A DNA stretch of 64,000 bases from an uncultured Opitutaceae bacterium (GCA_964601365.1 CAZRNE010000009.1:5938-69937), one strand, 5' to 3'. Positions 19,579 to 28,649 are shown, counted from the stretch's first letter. Notes: generated by a model from the letters alone, not told the origin. Numbers and translations: made by a program.

Positions 19579-20745
19579 ATGGCCGCCAAACGCCGCATCG
19601 TCCTGCTCGGGGCCACGGGCTCCATCGGTGAGAACACCCTGCGCGTCCTCCGCGCGCACCGCGACCGCCTTGAACTCGTCGGCGTCGCCGCGCACCACAA
19701 CGCCGAAAAACTCTTCGCCATCTGCCGCGAATTCGGCGTGCGCCATGCCGCCCTCGGCGATGCCACCGCCGCGGCCCCGGCGCCATCCGGTGTCACCTTG
19801 CATCGCGGGCCCGAAGGTCTGACAACCCTGGCCACCCTGCCCGAAGCCGACCTCGTCCTCGTGGCCGTCGTCGGCACCAGTGCGCTCCAGCCCACCCTCG
19901 CCGCTATCGCCGCCAAGAAGACCATCGCGCTCGCCTCCAAGGAAATCCTCGTCCTCGCCGGCAAATTCGTGATGGAGGCGGCGCGCCTCCACGGCACGCG
20001 CCTCCTGCCGGTGGACAGCGAGCACAACGGCGTCTTCCAGTGCCTCGAGGGACACCGCGCGGCGGACGTGCGCCGGCTCGTGCTCACGGCCTCCGGCGGC
20101 GCCTTCCGCGACTGGCCGCTCGAAAAGCTCGCCCATGCCACCGTGGCCGACGCCCTCAAGCACCCCAACTGGTCCATGGGCCGCAAGATCACGGTCGATT
20201 CCGCCACGCTCGCCAACAAGGGCCTCGAACTCATCGAGGCGCAATGGCTGTTCGGCCTCACCCCCGCGCAATGCCAGGCCGTCATCCATCCGCAGAGCAT
20301 CGTGCATTGCCTCGCCGAGTTCACCGACGGGTCGTTCCTCGCGCAACTCAGCCCGCCCACGATGACCTTCGCCATCCAGCACTGTCTCTTCCACCCCGAG
20401 CGCGCGCCGTCGCCCACCGACCCCGCGCTGCGCCTCGATCAGGTGCTCGGGCTCGACTTCCGCCCCGTGGACGAGGCCCGCTACCCCATGCTCCGCCTCG
20501 CCCGCGAGGCCATGCAGGCCGGCGGCACCGCCCCCGCCACCTATAACGCCGCCAACGAGGTCGCCGTCGCGGCCTTCCTCGACGGGCGCATCCCCTTCCT
20601 TGCGATTTCGCGCATCGTGGAGCAGACTCTCGGCCAATTGAAAGCCAGCGAACCAACCTCCCTCGCCGATGTCCTGAGCGTGGACGCCGAAGCGCGCCGA
20701 CTCGCCACGGCCGTCAGCACCAATACCAGCAAAATGTCATTCTGA
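19579..20745 (+). CDS. dxr: 1-deoxy-D-xylulose 5-phosphate reductoisomerase
   Basis: IVLLGATGSIGENTLRV NADPH-binding N-terminus, LPVDSEHNGVFQCL and NKGLELIEA motifs. The stop codon lies inside the 27-nt interspersed repeat. Confidence 0.95.
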   Translation: MAAKRRIVLLGATGSIGENTLRVLRAHRDRLELVGVAAHHNAEKLFAICREFGVRHAALGDATAAAPAPSGVTLHRGPEGLTTLATLPEADLVLVAVVGTSALQPTLAAIAAKKTIALASKEILVLAGKFVMEAARLHGTRLLPVDSEHNGVFQCLEGHRAADVRRLVLTASGGAFRDWPLEKLAHATVADALKHPNWSMGRKITVDSATLANKGLELIEAQWLFGLTPAQCQAVIHPQSIVHCLAEFTDGSFLAQLSPPTMTFAIQHCLFHPERAPSPTDPALRLDQVLGLDFRPVDEARYPMLRLAREAMQAGGTAPATYNAANEVAVAAFLDGRIPFLAISRIVEQTLGQLKASEPTSLADVLSVDAEARRLATAVSTNTSKMSF

Positions 20746-20818
20746 GCGCAGCGAAGAATCCACATGCTCATGCGTCCCATCATTTCCGATCTTGGATCCT
20801 TCGCTTCCCGCGGATGAC
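20736..20818 (+). repeat. Family-1 interspersed repeat, full palindromic copy (GTCATTCTGAGCGCAGCGAAGAATCCA ... TGGATCCTTCGCTTCCCGCGGATGAC)
   Basis: The left arm at 20736-20762 is near-identical to copies at 26268, 55436, 58658 and 59976. The right arm at 20793-20818 is an imperfect reverse complement, giving a long hairpin with a loop of about 30 nt. It overlaps the last codons and stop of dxr. Confidence 0.85.
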
Positions 20819-20829
20819 ACGTTTCTGAC

Positions 20830-22269
20830 ATGGAATCCCTTTTCTCCATCCTCGGCGGCGCCTGGTCCGTCTTCCTCATCGTGCTGTTCTTCGGCGGCTC
20901 GATCTTCGTGCACGAGCTGGGCCACTTCCTCGCCGCGCGCCGCCGCGGCGTGAAGGTCGAGCGCTTCTCCATCGGCTTCGGTCCGAAGATCTGGGGCTGG
21001 CGCGGCAAGGACGGCGTCGAATACCGCATTTCCTGGCTGCCGCTCGGCGGCTACGTCGCGCTGCCGCAACTGGCCGACATGGCCGCGATCGAAGGCGAGT
21101 CCGAAACACCGGCCGCAAGCCTGCCACCCATCAGTTACTCGACCAAGGTCATCGTTTTTGCGGCCGGGGCGTTCTTCAACGTCCTCTTTGCCTTCCTGCT
21201 CGCCTCCATCCTCTCCGTCGTGGGCCAGCCGACCAGCGAGGACCTGTCCACGACCCGCATCGGCTACGTCACCAAGACCGTCACCCTCGCCGACGGCACC
21301 TCCGTGCCCAGCCCCGCCGTCGAAGCCGGACTCCAGGTCGGCGACATCATCCGCGCCATCGACGGCGATCCGATCGCCGACTGGCCCGACCTGATGCAAA
21401 CGCTCGTCACCAGCGCCGGCGTCACCCTCGACGGCCGCCGCAAGGCGGTGTTCACCATCGAGCGCGACGGCCGTTTGCACGAGGTCACGGTGCATCCCCG
21501 CCTCATCGGCGACGAAAAGGTGCGCAAGGTCGGCATCGTGGCCGCCTACACGCCCATCGTCGCCGTCGTGCCGGCCGACTCCTACGCCCAAAAACTCGGA
21601 CTGCAGGCGGGCGACCGGTTGGTCGAGCTGAACGGCGCGCCCCTGCTCAACCTCCTCGCGCTGGCGGACGTGATGCAGGACAAGTCGCGCCCGGCCTTCA
21701 CCCTCGGGCTTGAACGCGGCGGCCAGCGTCTAACCGTGCCGGTCCCCGCCGACCGCCCGGCGGACACCCCGGTCCTGTTCGGTGCCGGCTTCCGCACCGC
21801 CGTCGGCCTCGTGCACCACAACCCCTTCAAGCAGATCTCCGACCACGTGCGCATGACCTTCCGCACGCTTTGGAGCCTGCTGCACCCCACGTCAGACATC
21901 GACGTCTCCAAGCTCAGCGGTCCGGTCGGCATCGGCCGTGTGTTCTGGGACGCCTCCGAGGCCGGCATCCGCTACGTGCTCTGGATCGCCGTGCTCGTGA
22001 ACATCAACCTCGCCATCTTCAACCTGCTGCCGATTCCCGTGCTCGACGGCGGACACATCCTCTTCGCCACCATCGGCAAACTCCGCGGCCGCACCCTGCC
22101 GCCCAACTTCATCATGGGCGCGCAGAGCGTGTTCATCGTGCTGCTGTTCTCGCTCATCATCTACGTCAGCTTCTTCGACGTCCGGCGCATCGTGCGCGAC
22201 GTGAAGGCCGAGTCGCAGGCCCGCGAGGCCGCCGAGAAGGCGAAATCCGCCGAGCCGACCAAACCCTGA
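20830..22269 (+). CDS. rseP: RIP metalloprotease RseP (M50 site-2 protease with PDZ domains)
   Basis: HELGHFLAARRRGV (HExxH) near the N-terminus and NLLPIPVLDGGH (LDG motif) near the C-terminus. Conserved position after dxr. Confidence 0.9.
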   Translation: MESLFSILGGAWSVFLIVLFFGGSIFVHELGHFLAARRRGVKVERFSIGFGPKIWGWRGKDGVEYRISWLPLGGYVALPQLADMAAIEGESETPAASLPPISYSTKVIVFAAGAFFNVLFAFLLASILSVVGQPTSEDLSTTRIGYVTKTVTLADGTSVPSPAVEAGLQVGDIIRAIDGDPIADWPDLMQTLVTSAGVTLDGRRKAVFTIERDGRLHEVTVHPRLIGDEKVRKVGIVAAYTPIVAVVPADSYAQKLGLQAGDRLVELNGAPLLNLLALADVMQDKSRPAFTLGLERGGQRLTVPVPADRPADTPVLFGAGFRTAVGLVHHNPFKQISDHVRMTFRTLWSLLHPTSDIDVSKLSGPVGIGRVFWDASEAGIRYVLWIAVLVNINLAIFNLLPIPVLDGGHILFATIGKLRGRTLPPNFIMGAQSVFIVLLFSLIIYVSFFDVRRIVRDVKAESQAREAAEKAKSAEPTKP

Positions 22270-22276
22270 GCGGATT

Positions 22277-22368
22277 GCTTATTGGTTACCGCTTATTGGC
22301 TATTGGCCATTGCCTCCCGTGCTTGCAGGAACGCTGTGACAATAGCCCAATGAGCAATAATCAATAGC
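22277..22368. repeat. AT-richer inverted-repeat element built from TTATTGG/CCAATAA units
   Basis: Left arm gcttattggttaccgcttattggctattggccattg (22277-22312). Right arm caatagcccaatgagcaataatcaatagc (22340-22368). Located in the rseP-ispG spacer. Confidence 0.7.
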
Positions 22369-22388
22369 CCCTGACCATTTTCTCACCC

Positions 22389-24488
22389 GTGTCCTACTCC
22401 GCCTCCCGCTTCCACACCGTCCGCCGCCGCACCGTCGAGGTGAAGGTCGGCGGCGTGAGCGTCGGCGGCGCCAACCCCATCCGCGTGCAGTCGATGACGA
22501 CCAGCGACACGCAGGACATCGCCGCCACCGTCAAACAGTCCATCGCCCTGGCCGAGGTCGGCTGTGAGATCGTCCGCGTCACCGCCCCCAACGTCGCCGC
22601 CGCCAAGTGCCTGAAGGACATCCGCGCGCAGCTTTCCGCCGCCGGCTTCGGCCATGTCCCGCTCGTCGCCGACATCCACTTCCTGCCTTCGGCCGCGATG
22701 GAGGCCGTCGAACACGTCGAGAAGGTCCGCATCAACCCCGGCAATTACGCCGACAAGAAGAAGTTCGCGGTCAAGGAATACTCCGACGCCGACTACCAAG
22801 CCGAACTGCAGCGCCTGCACGACGCCTTTTCGCCGCTGGTGAAACGGTGCAAGGAGCTGGGCCGCTCCATGCGCATCGGCACCAACCACGGTTCGCTCTC
22901 CGACCGGATCATGAACCGCTACGGCGACACGCCGCTCGGCATGGTCGAGAGCGCGCTCGAGTTCCTCCGCATCGCCCGCTCGCACTCCTACCACGACATC
23001 ATCCTGTCGATGAAGTCCAGCAACCCGAAGGTCATGATCCAGGCCTACCGCCTGCTCGTCGACCGCATGGCGCAGGAGGACATGCACTACCCGCTCCACC
23101 TCGGCGTCACCGAGGCCGGCGACGGCGAGGACGGCCGCATCAAGAGCGCCATCGGCATCGGCTCGCTGCTGCTCGACGGCCTCGGCGACACCATCCGCGT
23201 GTCGCTGACCGAGGACTCGGTCTACGAAATCCCCGTTGCGCGCGCCATCGCCGACAAGGCGATGAGCCTCTGGGGGAATGCAGAATGCGGAGTTCGGAAT
23301 GCGGAATTACTGTCAGCGGAATCCGCTTCCTCATTCGTTCCGCAATCCGCCGTCCACAATCCGCAATCGGATTCGATCGACCCCTACCACTTCAACCGCC
23401 GCGAGCCGGCCGTGCTGAAGCTGTCCGACCGTTGCGCGGTCGGCCCCGAGCAGCCCCCGCGCGTCATCGTGCGCGTCGCCTCCCCCTCCCGGCTGCCCGA
23501 GGCGGCCAAGGCTCTCTCCAGTCCGGCGCTGAAGGACACGCCCGCCGAAGGATTGCTGGTGCCCGTCGAGTCACCGGGCGATCTGGCCGCGCTGTGCGAG
23601 GCCGCGGCCCAGAACGCGCTGCCGGTCGATTTCCTCGCCCTCGAGGTGGGGCCGGCGCTCAGCCCCGATGTGCTGCAGCCGCTCCTCGCCCTGAGCAAGG
23701 GCAAGCTGGTGCTCGTGCGGAAATTCACCGCGTCGGAAGCGGCCACGTTGGCGGGCTTCATCGACCTTGTCCGCCGACACGGCCATGTGCTGGCCGCGGA
23801 GATCGTGCCGGAGGATTTCTCCGCGCTGGCGGGCATTCTGCGCGAAACCGGCCCCGACAGCCTCATCTTCACGCTCTCCATCCGCACCACCGACTCCGCC
23901 CATGCCATCGGCAGCTACCGCCGCCTGACCGAAAACCTCCGGACCCTGGGGCTGAATGCCCCCATCTGGATCCGCAACACCGCGGGCACCGCCGTGCTGG
24001 GCGACCCGAGCTTCCTTTCCAAGCTTCTGGAAGCCAGCTTCCTCTCCGGCAGCCTGCTCTGCGATGGCGTCGGAGATTTCATCAGCATCGAGACCGAGGC
24101 CGATCCCGTCCGCGCGACCAAGCTCGCCTACAATGTCCTCCAGGGCGCCGGCGCCCGCATCTCCAAGACCGAGTTCGTGGCCTGCCCCTCCTGCGGCCGC
24201 ACGCTTTTCGACCTCCAGACCACCACGCAGCGCATCCGCGCCCAGACCGGCCACCTGAAGGGCGTCAAGATCGCCATCATGGGCTGCATCGTCAACGGCC
24301 CGGGCGAGATGGCTGACGCCGACTTCGGCTACGTGGGCGGCGCGCCGGGCAAGATCAACCTCTACGTCGGCAAGAACTGCGTCCAATACAACATCCCGCA
24401 GGCCGAGGCCGACGCGCGGCTCATCGCGCTCATCCGCGAGCACGGCAAATGGGTCGATCCCGACCCGGTGCCGGCCGCCGCGACGTAA
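22389..24488 (+). CDS. ispG: 4-hydroxy-3-methylbut-2-enyl diphosphate synthase IspG (GcpE), long form with inserted domain
   Basis: GTG start. The N-terminal TIM-barrel part reads RRRTVEVKVGGVSVGGANPIRVQSMTTSDT. The C-terminal 4Fe-4S part has FVACPSCGRT ... MGCIVNGPGEM. At 699 aa its length matches the long-form enzymes, which carry an inserted domain. Confidence 0.9.
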   Translation: MSYSASRFHTVRRRTVEVKVGGVSVGGANPIRVQSMTTSDTQDIAATVKQSIALAEVGCEIVRVTAPNVAAAKCLKDIRAQLSAAGFGHVPLVADIHFLPSAAMEAVEHVEKVRINPGNYADKKKFAVKEYSDADYQAELQRLHDAFSPLVKRCKELGRSMRIGTNHGSLSDRIMNRYGDTPLGMVESALEFLRIARSHSYHDIILSMKSSNPKVMIQAYRLLVDRMAQEDMHYPLHLGVTEAGDGEDGRIKSAIGIGSLLLDGLGDTIRVSLTEDSVYEIPVARAIADKAMSLWGNAECGVRNAELLSAESASSFVPQSAVHNPQSDSIDPYHFNRREPAVLKLSDRCAVGPEQPPRVIVRVASPSRLPEAAKALSSPALKDTPAEGLLVPVESPGDLAALCEAAAQNALPVDFLALEVGPALSPDVLQPLLALSKGKLVLVRKFTASEAATLAGFIDLVRRHGHVLAAEIVPEDFSALAGILRETGPDSLIFTLSIRTTDSAHAIGSYRRLTENLRTLGLNAPIWIRNTAGTAVLGDPSFLSKLLEASFLSGSLLCDGVGDFISIETEADPVRATKLAYNVLQGAGARISKTEFVACPSCGRTLFDLQTTTQRIRAQTGHLKGVKIAIMGCIVNGPGEMADADFGYVGGAPGKINLYVGKNCVQYNIPQAEADARLIALIREHGKWVDPDPVPAAAT
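23276..23375. repeat. Repeat-like inverted segment (GAATGCGGA / TCCGCAATC units) lying in frame inside ispG
   Basis: gaatgcagaatgcggagttcggaatgcggaatt (23276-23308) faces ttccgcaatccgccgtccacaatccgcaatcggattcg (23338-23375). It translates as NAECGVRNAELLSAESASSFVPQSAVHNPQSDS. The ttccgcattccgg motif recurs in the tRNA-spacer tandem repeat. Confidence 0.6.
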
Positions 24489-24540
24489 GCGCGGGTTTTC
24501 AGAGCGAAAAAGCCCTCCCCGCACCCGGCCCGCTTTGCGC

Positions 24541-24901
24541 AACAAAAAAATGCGCGAAGTTATGCCCAGTTCACCTGTGAAAAACTCGGGAAGAAGATGC
24601 CCTTGAAACGCATTTTTTTGTTCCCGTCATGATGCCTTTCCGTTTTATCCAACTTCCCGCAGGTTGTTCTTTGCCGTTTTCCACCGCACCGTAGGTTCCC
24701 CGCCCGCGAAGGTCTCCCCCGCCGCCGGCCATTGACGCCCCCGGCGTTCCACACCCGTGTGAACGCCTTCCGCAGTGGCCTCCAGTCCCCTTTCCTTCCC
24801 GAGCCCGGCCCCCACGAGCAGGACGACGCGCAAACAGCGAATTGCGGGTGTGCATAACCCCACCCGTTCCCGACCAGTCCATGCCTCCGTCCCCTGTCCA
24901 C
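24541..24901. promoter_or_regulatory. dnaA upstream region with DnaA-box-like sites and an AT-rich inverted repeat (candidate oriC / dnaA autoregulation)
   Basis: TGTGCATAA at 24849-24857 has 1 mismatch to TGTGGATAA. TTATCCAAC (24645-24653), TTTTCCACC (24677-24685) and cTGTCCACA (24893-24901) each have 2 mismatches. A 14-nt inverted repeat aacaaaaaaatgcg / cgcatttttttgtt (24541-24554 / 24609-24622) lies in the most AT-rich stretch of the window. Confidence 0.35.
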
Positions 24902-26254
24902 ACCAGCCTCTGGGAAACCGTGAAGTGCGACCTCAAGGGTCTCTTCCCCGACGACGTCTACCAGATGTGGTTCGAGCCGATGACCTGCCTCGAGGCCAAC
25001 GACGACACCCTCACGCTCGGCGTGCCCAACGACTTCGCGGCGATCTGGATCCACGACAACTACCTCGACCTCATCACCCAGCGCCTGCGGCTCACCTCCG
25101 GCCGCCCGATGCACATCGCCCTCCGCAAGAGCGACAACGGCGCCGGCCGCCTCCATGCGTCGGCCGACACCGCGGCCAAGGTCAAGAGCGCCCCGCCCCG
25201 GCGCGCGCGCTATGACGAGCGCGGCGGCCCCGCCGGTTCGCTCAACCCGCGCAACTCCTTCGAGAACTTCGTCGTCGGCCCCAACAACCAGCTCGCGCAC
25301 GCCGCCGCCATGGCCGTCGCCCAAGCCCCCGCCCAGGCCTACAACCCCCTCTTCATCCACGGCGCCACCGGCCTCGGCAAGACCCACCTCATGCACGCCA
25401 TCGGGCACAGCGTCATGCAGCGCAACCCGGAGGCCAAGGTCGCCTACCTCTCCACCGAGAAGTTCACCAACGAGTTCATCCACGCCATCCAGGAGAACGC
25501 CCTCACCCGCTTCCGCCAGCGCTACCGCAGCGTGGACCTGCTCCTCATCGACGACGTCCAGTTCCTCGCCGGCAAGGAGCGCATCCAGGAGGAGTTCTTC
25601 CACACCTTCAACGACCTCTTCGAGTCCCAGAAGCAGATCGTCCTCTCCAGCGACCGCCCGGTCAACGAGATCGCCACCCTCGAGTCGCGCCTCGTCTCGC
25701 GCTTCCAGTGGGGCCTCGTCACCGACATCCAGTCGCCCGACTTCGAGACCCGCGTCGCCATCCTCAAGACCAAGGCCGCCAGCCTCAAGATCGAGCTGCC
25801 CATGCCCGTCATCGAGTTCATGGCGCAGCACATCGCCAAGAACATCCGCCGCCTCGAGGGCGCCCTGATCAAGATCTCCAGCTACGCCGCCCTCACCGGC
25901 AAGACCATCGACCTCGCCGCCGCCGAGTCCCTCCTCAAGGACGTGCTCATGGAGGAGGCCCAGCACCGCCTCAGCATCGAGGCCATCCAGAAGCGCGTCG
26001 CCGACCACTTCCAGATCCGCCACACGGACATGACGAGCAAGCGCCGGCCCAACTCCATCGCCTTCCCGCGCCAGATCGCCATGTATCTCTGCCGCCAGCT
26101 CACCCGCCATTCCCTCCAGGACATCGGCGAATCCTTCGGCGGCCGCGACCACGGCACCGTCATCCACGCCTGCAAGACCGTCGAGAACATGATGGAGCAG
26201 GACGACTCCGTCCGCAGCAGCGTCGACTTCCTCAAGACCCAGCTCGCAAAGTGA
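24881..26254 (+). CDS. dnaA: Chromosomal replication initiator protein DnaA
   Basis: Walker A LFIHGATGLGKTHL, Walker B LLLIDDVQFL, and a C-terminal DNA-binding domain (IAFPRQIAMYLCRQLT...DHGTVIHACK). ATG 24881 is preferred over TTG 24842. Confidence 0.95.
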   Translation: MPPSPVHTSLWETVKCDLKGLFPDDVYQMWFEPMTCLEANDDTLTLGVPNDFAAIWIHDNYLDLITQRLRLTSGRPMHIALRKSDNGAGRLHASADTAAKVKSAPPRRARYDERGGPAGSLNPRNSFENFVVGPNNQLAHAAAMAVAQAPAQAYNPLFIHGATGLGKTHLMHAIGHSVMQRNPEAKVAYLSTEKFTNEFIHAIQENALTRFRQRYRSVDLLLIDDVQFLAGKERIQEEFFHTFNDLFESQKQIVLSSDRPVNEIATLESRLVSRFQWGLVTDIQSPDFETRVAILKTKAASLKIELPMPVIEFMAQHIAKNIRRLEGALIKISSYAALTGKTIDLAAAESLLKDVLMEEAQHRLSIEAIQKRVADHFQIRHTDMTSKRRPNSIAFPRQIAMYLCRQLTRHSLQDIGESFGGRDHGTVIHACKTVENMMEQDDSVRSSVDFLKTQLAK

Positions 26255-26267
26255 CACGCCCCGTCTT

Positions 26268-26294
26268 GTCATTCTGAGCAAAGCGAAGAATCCA
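26268..26294 (+). repeat. Family-1 interspersed repeat, half copy
   Basis: gtcattctgagcaaagcgaagaatcca, 14 nt after the dnaA stop. It is followed by TTAGCCACA (26296-26304), which has 1 mismatch to a DnaA box. Confidence 0.8.
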
Positions 26295-26321
26295 TTTAGC
26301 CACACACCAACACCAAGCAAT

Positions 26322-26352
26322 GGGTCCGGCCACAAGCCGGGCCTTTTGTTTT
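26322..26352 (+). terminator. Rho-independent terminator after dnaA
   Basis: A GC-rich stem gggtccggc / gccgggcc with loop cacaa, followed by ttttgtttt. Confidence 0.65.
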
Positions 26353-26385
26353 GCCTGAAAAACGCTCCGCCCAAGACTCGCCCTG

Positions 26386-27261
26386 ATGCCCGTCACTTTC
26401 CAGAGCGATGTCGCGCCCCTCCGCCGCGTCATCGTCAAGCCCGCCGCCAACGCCTTCCTCGACCAGTCCCGGCTCGGCGCGGAGTGGCGCGCGCTCAACT
26501 TCACCGCCGAGCCCGACTTCACCAAGGCCCGGGTCGAATCCGATGCCTTCATTGCCCTCCTGCGGAAGTTCGGCGCCGAAGTGCTCACGTTGCCCCGCGA
26601 CGACGCGCAGAGCATCGACTCCATCTACGCGCGCGACGCCGGCATTGTCTGCGACCGCGGTCTCATCCTCTGCTCGATGGGCAAGGAGAACCGCCGCGCC
26701 GAGCCCGCCGCCCTGCGCCGGGCGGCTGAGGCTTGGGGCATCCCCATCGCCGGCGAGATCACCGGCGCCGGCCGCCTCGAGGGCGGCGATGTCGCTTGGG
26801 TGGATTGCCATACCCTCGCCGTCGCCCGGGCCTATCGCACCAACGACGAGGGCATCCGCCAGCTCCGCGCCCTCGTCGGCCCGGAGGTCGAGGTCGTCCC
26901 CGTGCCCTTGCCCCACTTTCGCGGACCGTCGGACGTGTTTCATCTCATGTCGATCTACTCGCCGCTCGCCGACGACCTCGCGCTCGTCCACTCGCCGCTG
27001 ATGCCCATCCCCTTCCGCGAGCTGCTGCTCGCCAAGGGCCAGCGCCTCGTCGAGATCGCTCCGGGGGAATACGACAGCCTCGCCTGCAACGCCCTTGCCG
27101 TCGCCCCGCGCGTCTGCCTGCTCGCCGCCGGCAATCCCGTCACCGCCCGCCGCCTCCGCGAGGCCGGTTGCGAAGTGCACGAGTTCGCCGGCGAGGAGAT
27201 CGCCAGGAAGGGCGGCGGCGGCCCTACCTGCCTGACCCGCCCGCTTGGACGCAAATTATAG
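26386..27261 (+). CDS. Amidinotransferase-fold enzyme (dimethylarginine dimethylaminohydrolase / arginine deiminase-related)
   Basis: 291 aa with a C-terminal KGGGGPTCLTRPL catalytic-Cys motif. LEGGDV and FHLMS motifs are typical of the DDAH/ADI superfamily. Confidence 0.7.
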   Translation: MPVTFQSDVAPLRRVIVKPAANAFLDQSRLGAEWRALNFTAEPDFTKARVESDAFIALLRKFGAEVLTLPRDDAQSIDSIYARDAGIVCDRGLILCSMGKENRRAEPAALRRAAEAWGIPIAGEITGAGRLEGGDVAWVDCHTLAVARAYRTNDEGIRQLRALVGPEVEVVPVPLPHFRGPSDVFHLMSIYSPLADDLALVHSPLMPIPFRELLLAKGQRLVEIAPGEYDSLACNALAVAPRVCLLAAGNPVTARRLREAGCEVHEFAGEEIARKGGGGPTCLTRPLGRKL

Positions 27262-27375
27262 GTGGGTGGAGCACGCACTCCGGTGCGGGCTTTCACTCGC
27301 CAACCTGCTCGTGTGCAGGTTTCACCCGACTATTGCATCCGCAGGGGAATCATCTACTTTCCCGTCAACTTTCGC

Positions 27376-27948
27376 ATGACCCTCTCTCCCGAACAAAAGC
27401 AGGCCGTCGCCTCGTGGATCGCCGCCGGCGACAACCTCTCCGCCGTGCAGAAGAAGCTCTCCGAGCAGTTCAAGCTCTCGCTCACCTACATGGACGTCCG
27501 CTTCCTCGTGGACGACCTCGGCCTCGAGCTGAAGAACGCCGCGCCCAAGGCCGACGCCTCCGATGTCACCAAGACCCCGCCTCCCAAGCCGGCAGCCCAG
27601 GCCGCCGAGAAAAAAGGCCTGATGGACAAGCTGAAGGAGAAGGTCGGCCTCAGTCAGGAGGAGGCGGACGAGGATTTCGCGCCGGAGGAGGATTTCCCGG
27701 AGGAGGCGCCGCCCCCCGCGCCTGCCGGCGCGGGCAATGTGACCGTCGACGTCGACCGCATCGTGCGCCCCGGCGCCGTGGTCAGCGGCAGCGTCACCTT
27801 CAGCGACGGCACCAGCGGCAAATGGGCCATGGACCAATACGGCCGCCTCATGCTCGAGACCGGCAAGAAGGGTTACCAGCCGCCGGCCGCCGACGTGCAG
27901 GCCTTCCAGCGCGAACTCAGCCGCCAGCTCCAGCGCCAGGGCTACTGA
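27376..27948 (+). CDS. Hypothetical protein (two small domains joined by an acidic Pro/Ala/Glu-rich linker)
   Basis: 190-aa ORF from ATG 27376 with coding-like codon bias. No family recognised. Confidence 0.6.
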   Translation: MTLSPEQKQAVASWIAAGDNLSAVQKKLSEQFKLSLTYMDVRFLVDDLGLELKNAAPKADASDVTKTPPPKPAAQAAEKKGLMDKLKEKVGLSQEEADEDFAPEEDFPEEAPPPAPAGAGNVTVDVDRIVRPGAVVSGSVTFSDGTSGKWAMDQYGRLMLETGKKGYQPPAADVQAFQRELSRQLQRQGY

Positions 27949-28177
27949 GCCTCTGCGACACTCCCTGCCCGGTTGTGGGCCAGCACACTCGCGCGCGCGT
28001 GTTCCTTTCCGACGGCGCGCCCAAGGTCGCTGTCCCACAGGCGCAAGCCAGACGCGAAGCCTAGGCTATAGGCTACTCATCCCCAACCCGCCGTTGACTC
28101 CCGCGCGGCGCGCGCGCACTCTCCCGTCAGCCGACGGGCATTCCGCCCGCCCGCCACCCCAACCCCACGGAGGCTGT

Positions 28178-28633
28178 ATGGAAAAGCTGCGTCATTGGAT
28201 CGACTGGGCGGAAGCCCACCCCAAGGTCTGGCTCGACTGCGTGCGCATCTATCTCGGGCTCGGCCTTTTCATCCGCGGTCTGCTCATCATCACCAACTCC
28301 CGCGCCGAGTTCGTGAAGGACCTGCTCGCCACCTCGACCCAGAACTGGCTGATCACCGCCGCGCTGCTGCATTACGTGGCCCTCGCCCACCTCGTCGGCG
28401 GCGCCATGCTCTGCGTCGGCCTGCTCACCCGCATCGCCGCCATTGTGCAGATCCCCATCCTCGCGGGCGCCATCCTCCTCTTCCATCGCAAGGAAGGCCT
28501 CATGACCGCGGGCCAGTCCCTCGAACTGTCCGGCCTCGTGCTCTTCCTGCTCATCATCTTCTGGGTGGCCGGCGCCGGCCCGCTCTCCGTCGACAACGGC
28601 ATGCCGAAGATCAAGCCCGCCAGCGCGAACTGA
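28178..28633 (+). CDS. DoxX-like membrane protein
   Basis: About 150 aa with 4 predicted TM helices (LGLGLFIRGLLII, ALLHYVALAHLVGGAMLCVGLLTRIAAIVQIPILAGAILL). GGAGG lies 5 nt upstream of ATG 28178. Confidence 0.6.
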   Translation: MEKLRHWIDWAEAHPKVWLDCVRIYLGLGLFIRGLLIITNSRAEFVKDLLATSTQNWLITAALLHYVALAHLVGGAMLCVGLLTRIAAIVQIPILAGAILLFHRKEGLMTAGQSLELSGLVLFLLIIFWVAGAGPLSVDNGMPKIKPASAN

Positions 28634-28649
28634 ACCACGGGTTGTCGTA

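Noticed and set aside
24560-24740. Searched for rpmH (L34) upstream of dnaA on the minus strand, as in the classical rpmH-dnaA arrangement.
   Set aside because: The only small minus-strand ORFs here (MTGTKKCVSRASSSRVFHR, MRFKGIFFPSFSQVNWA) bear no resemblance to the conserved L34 sequence (MKRTFQPS...).
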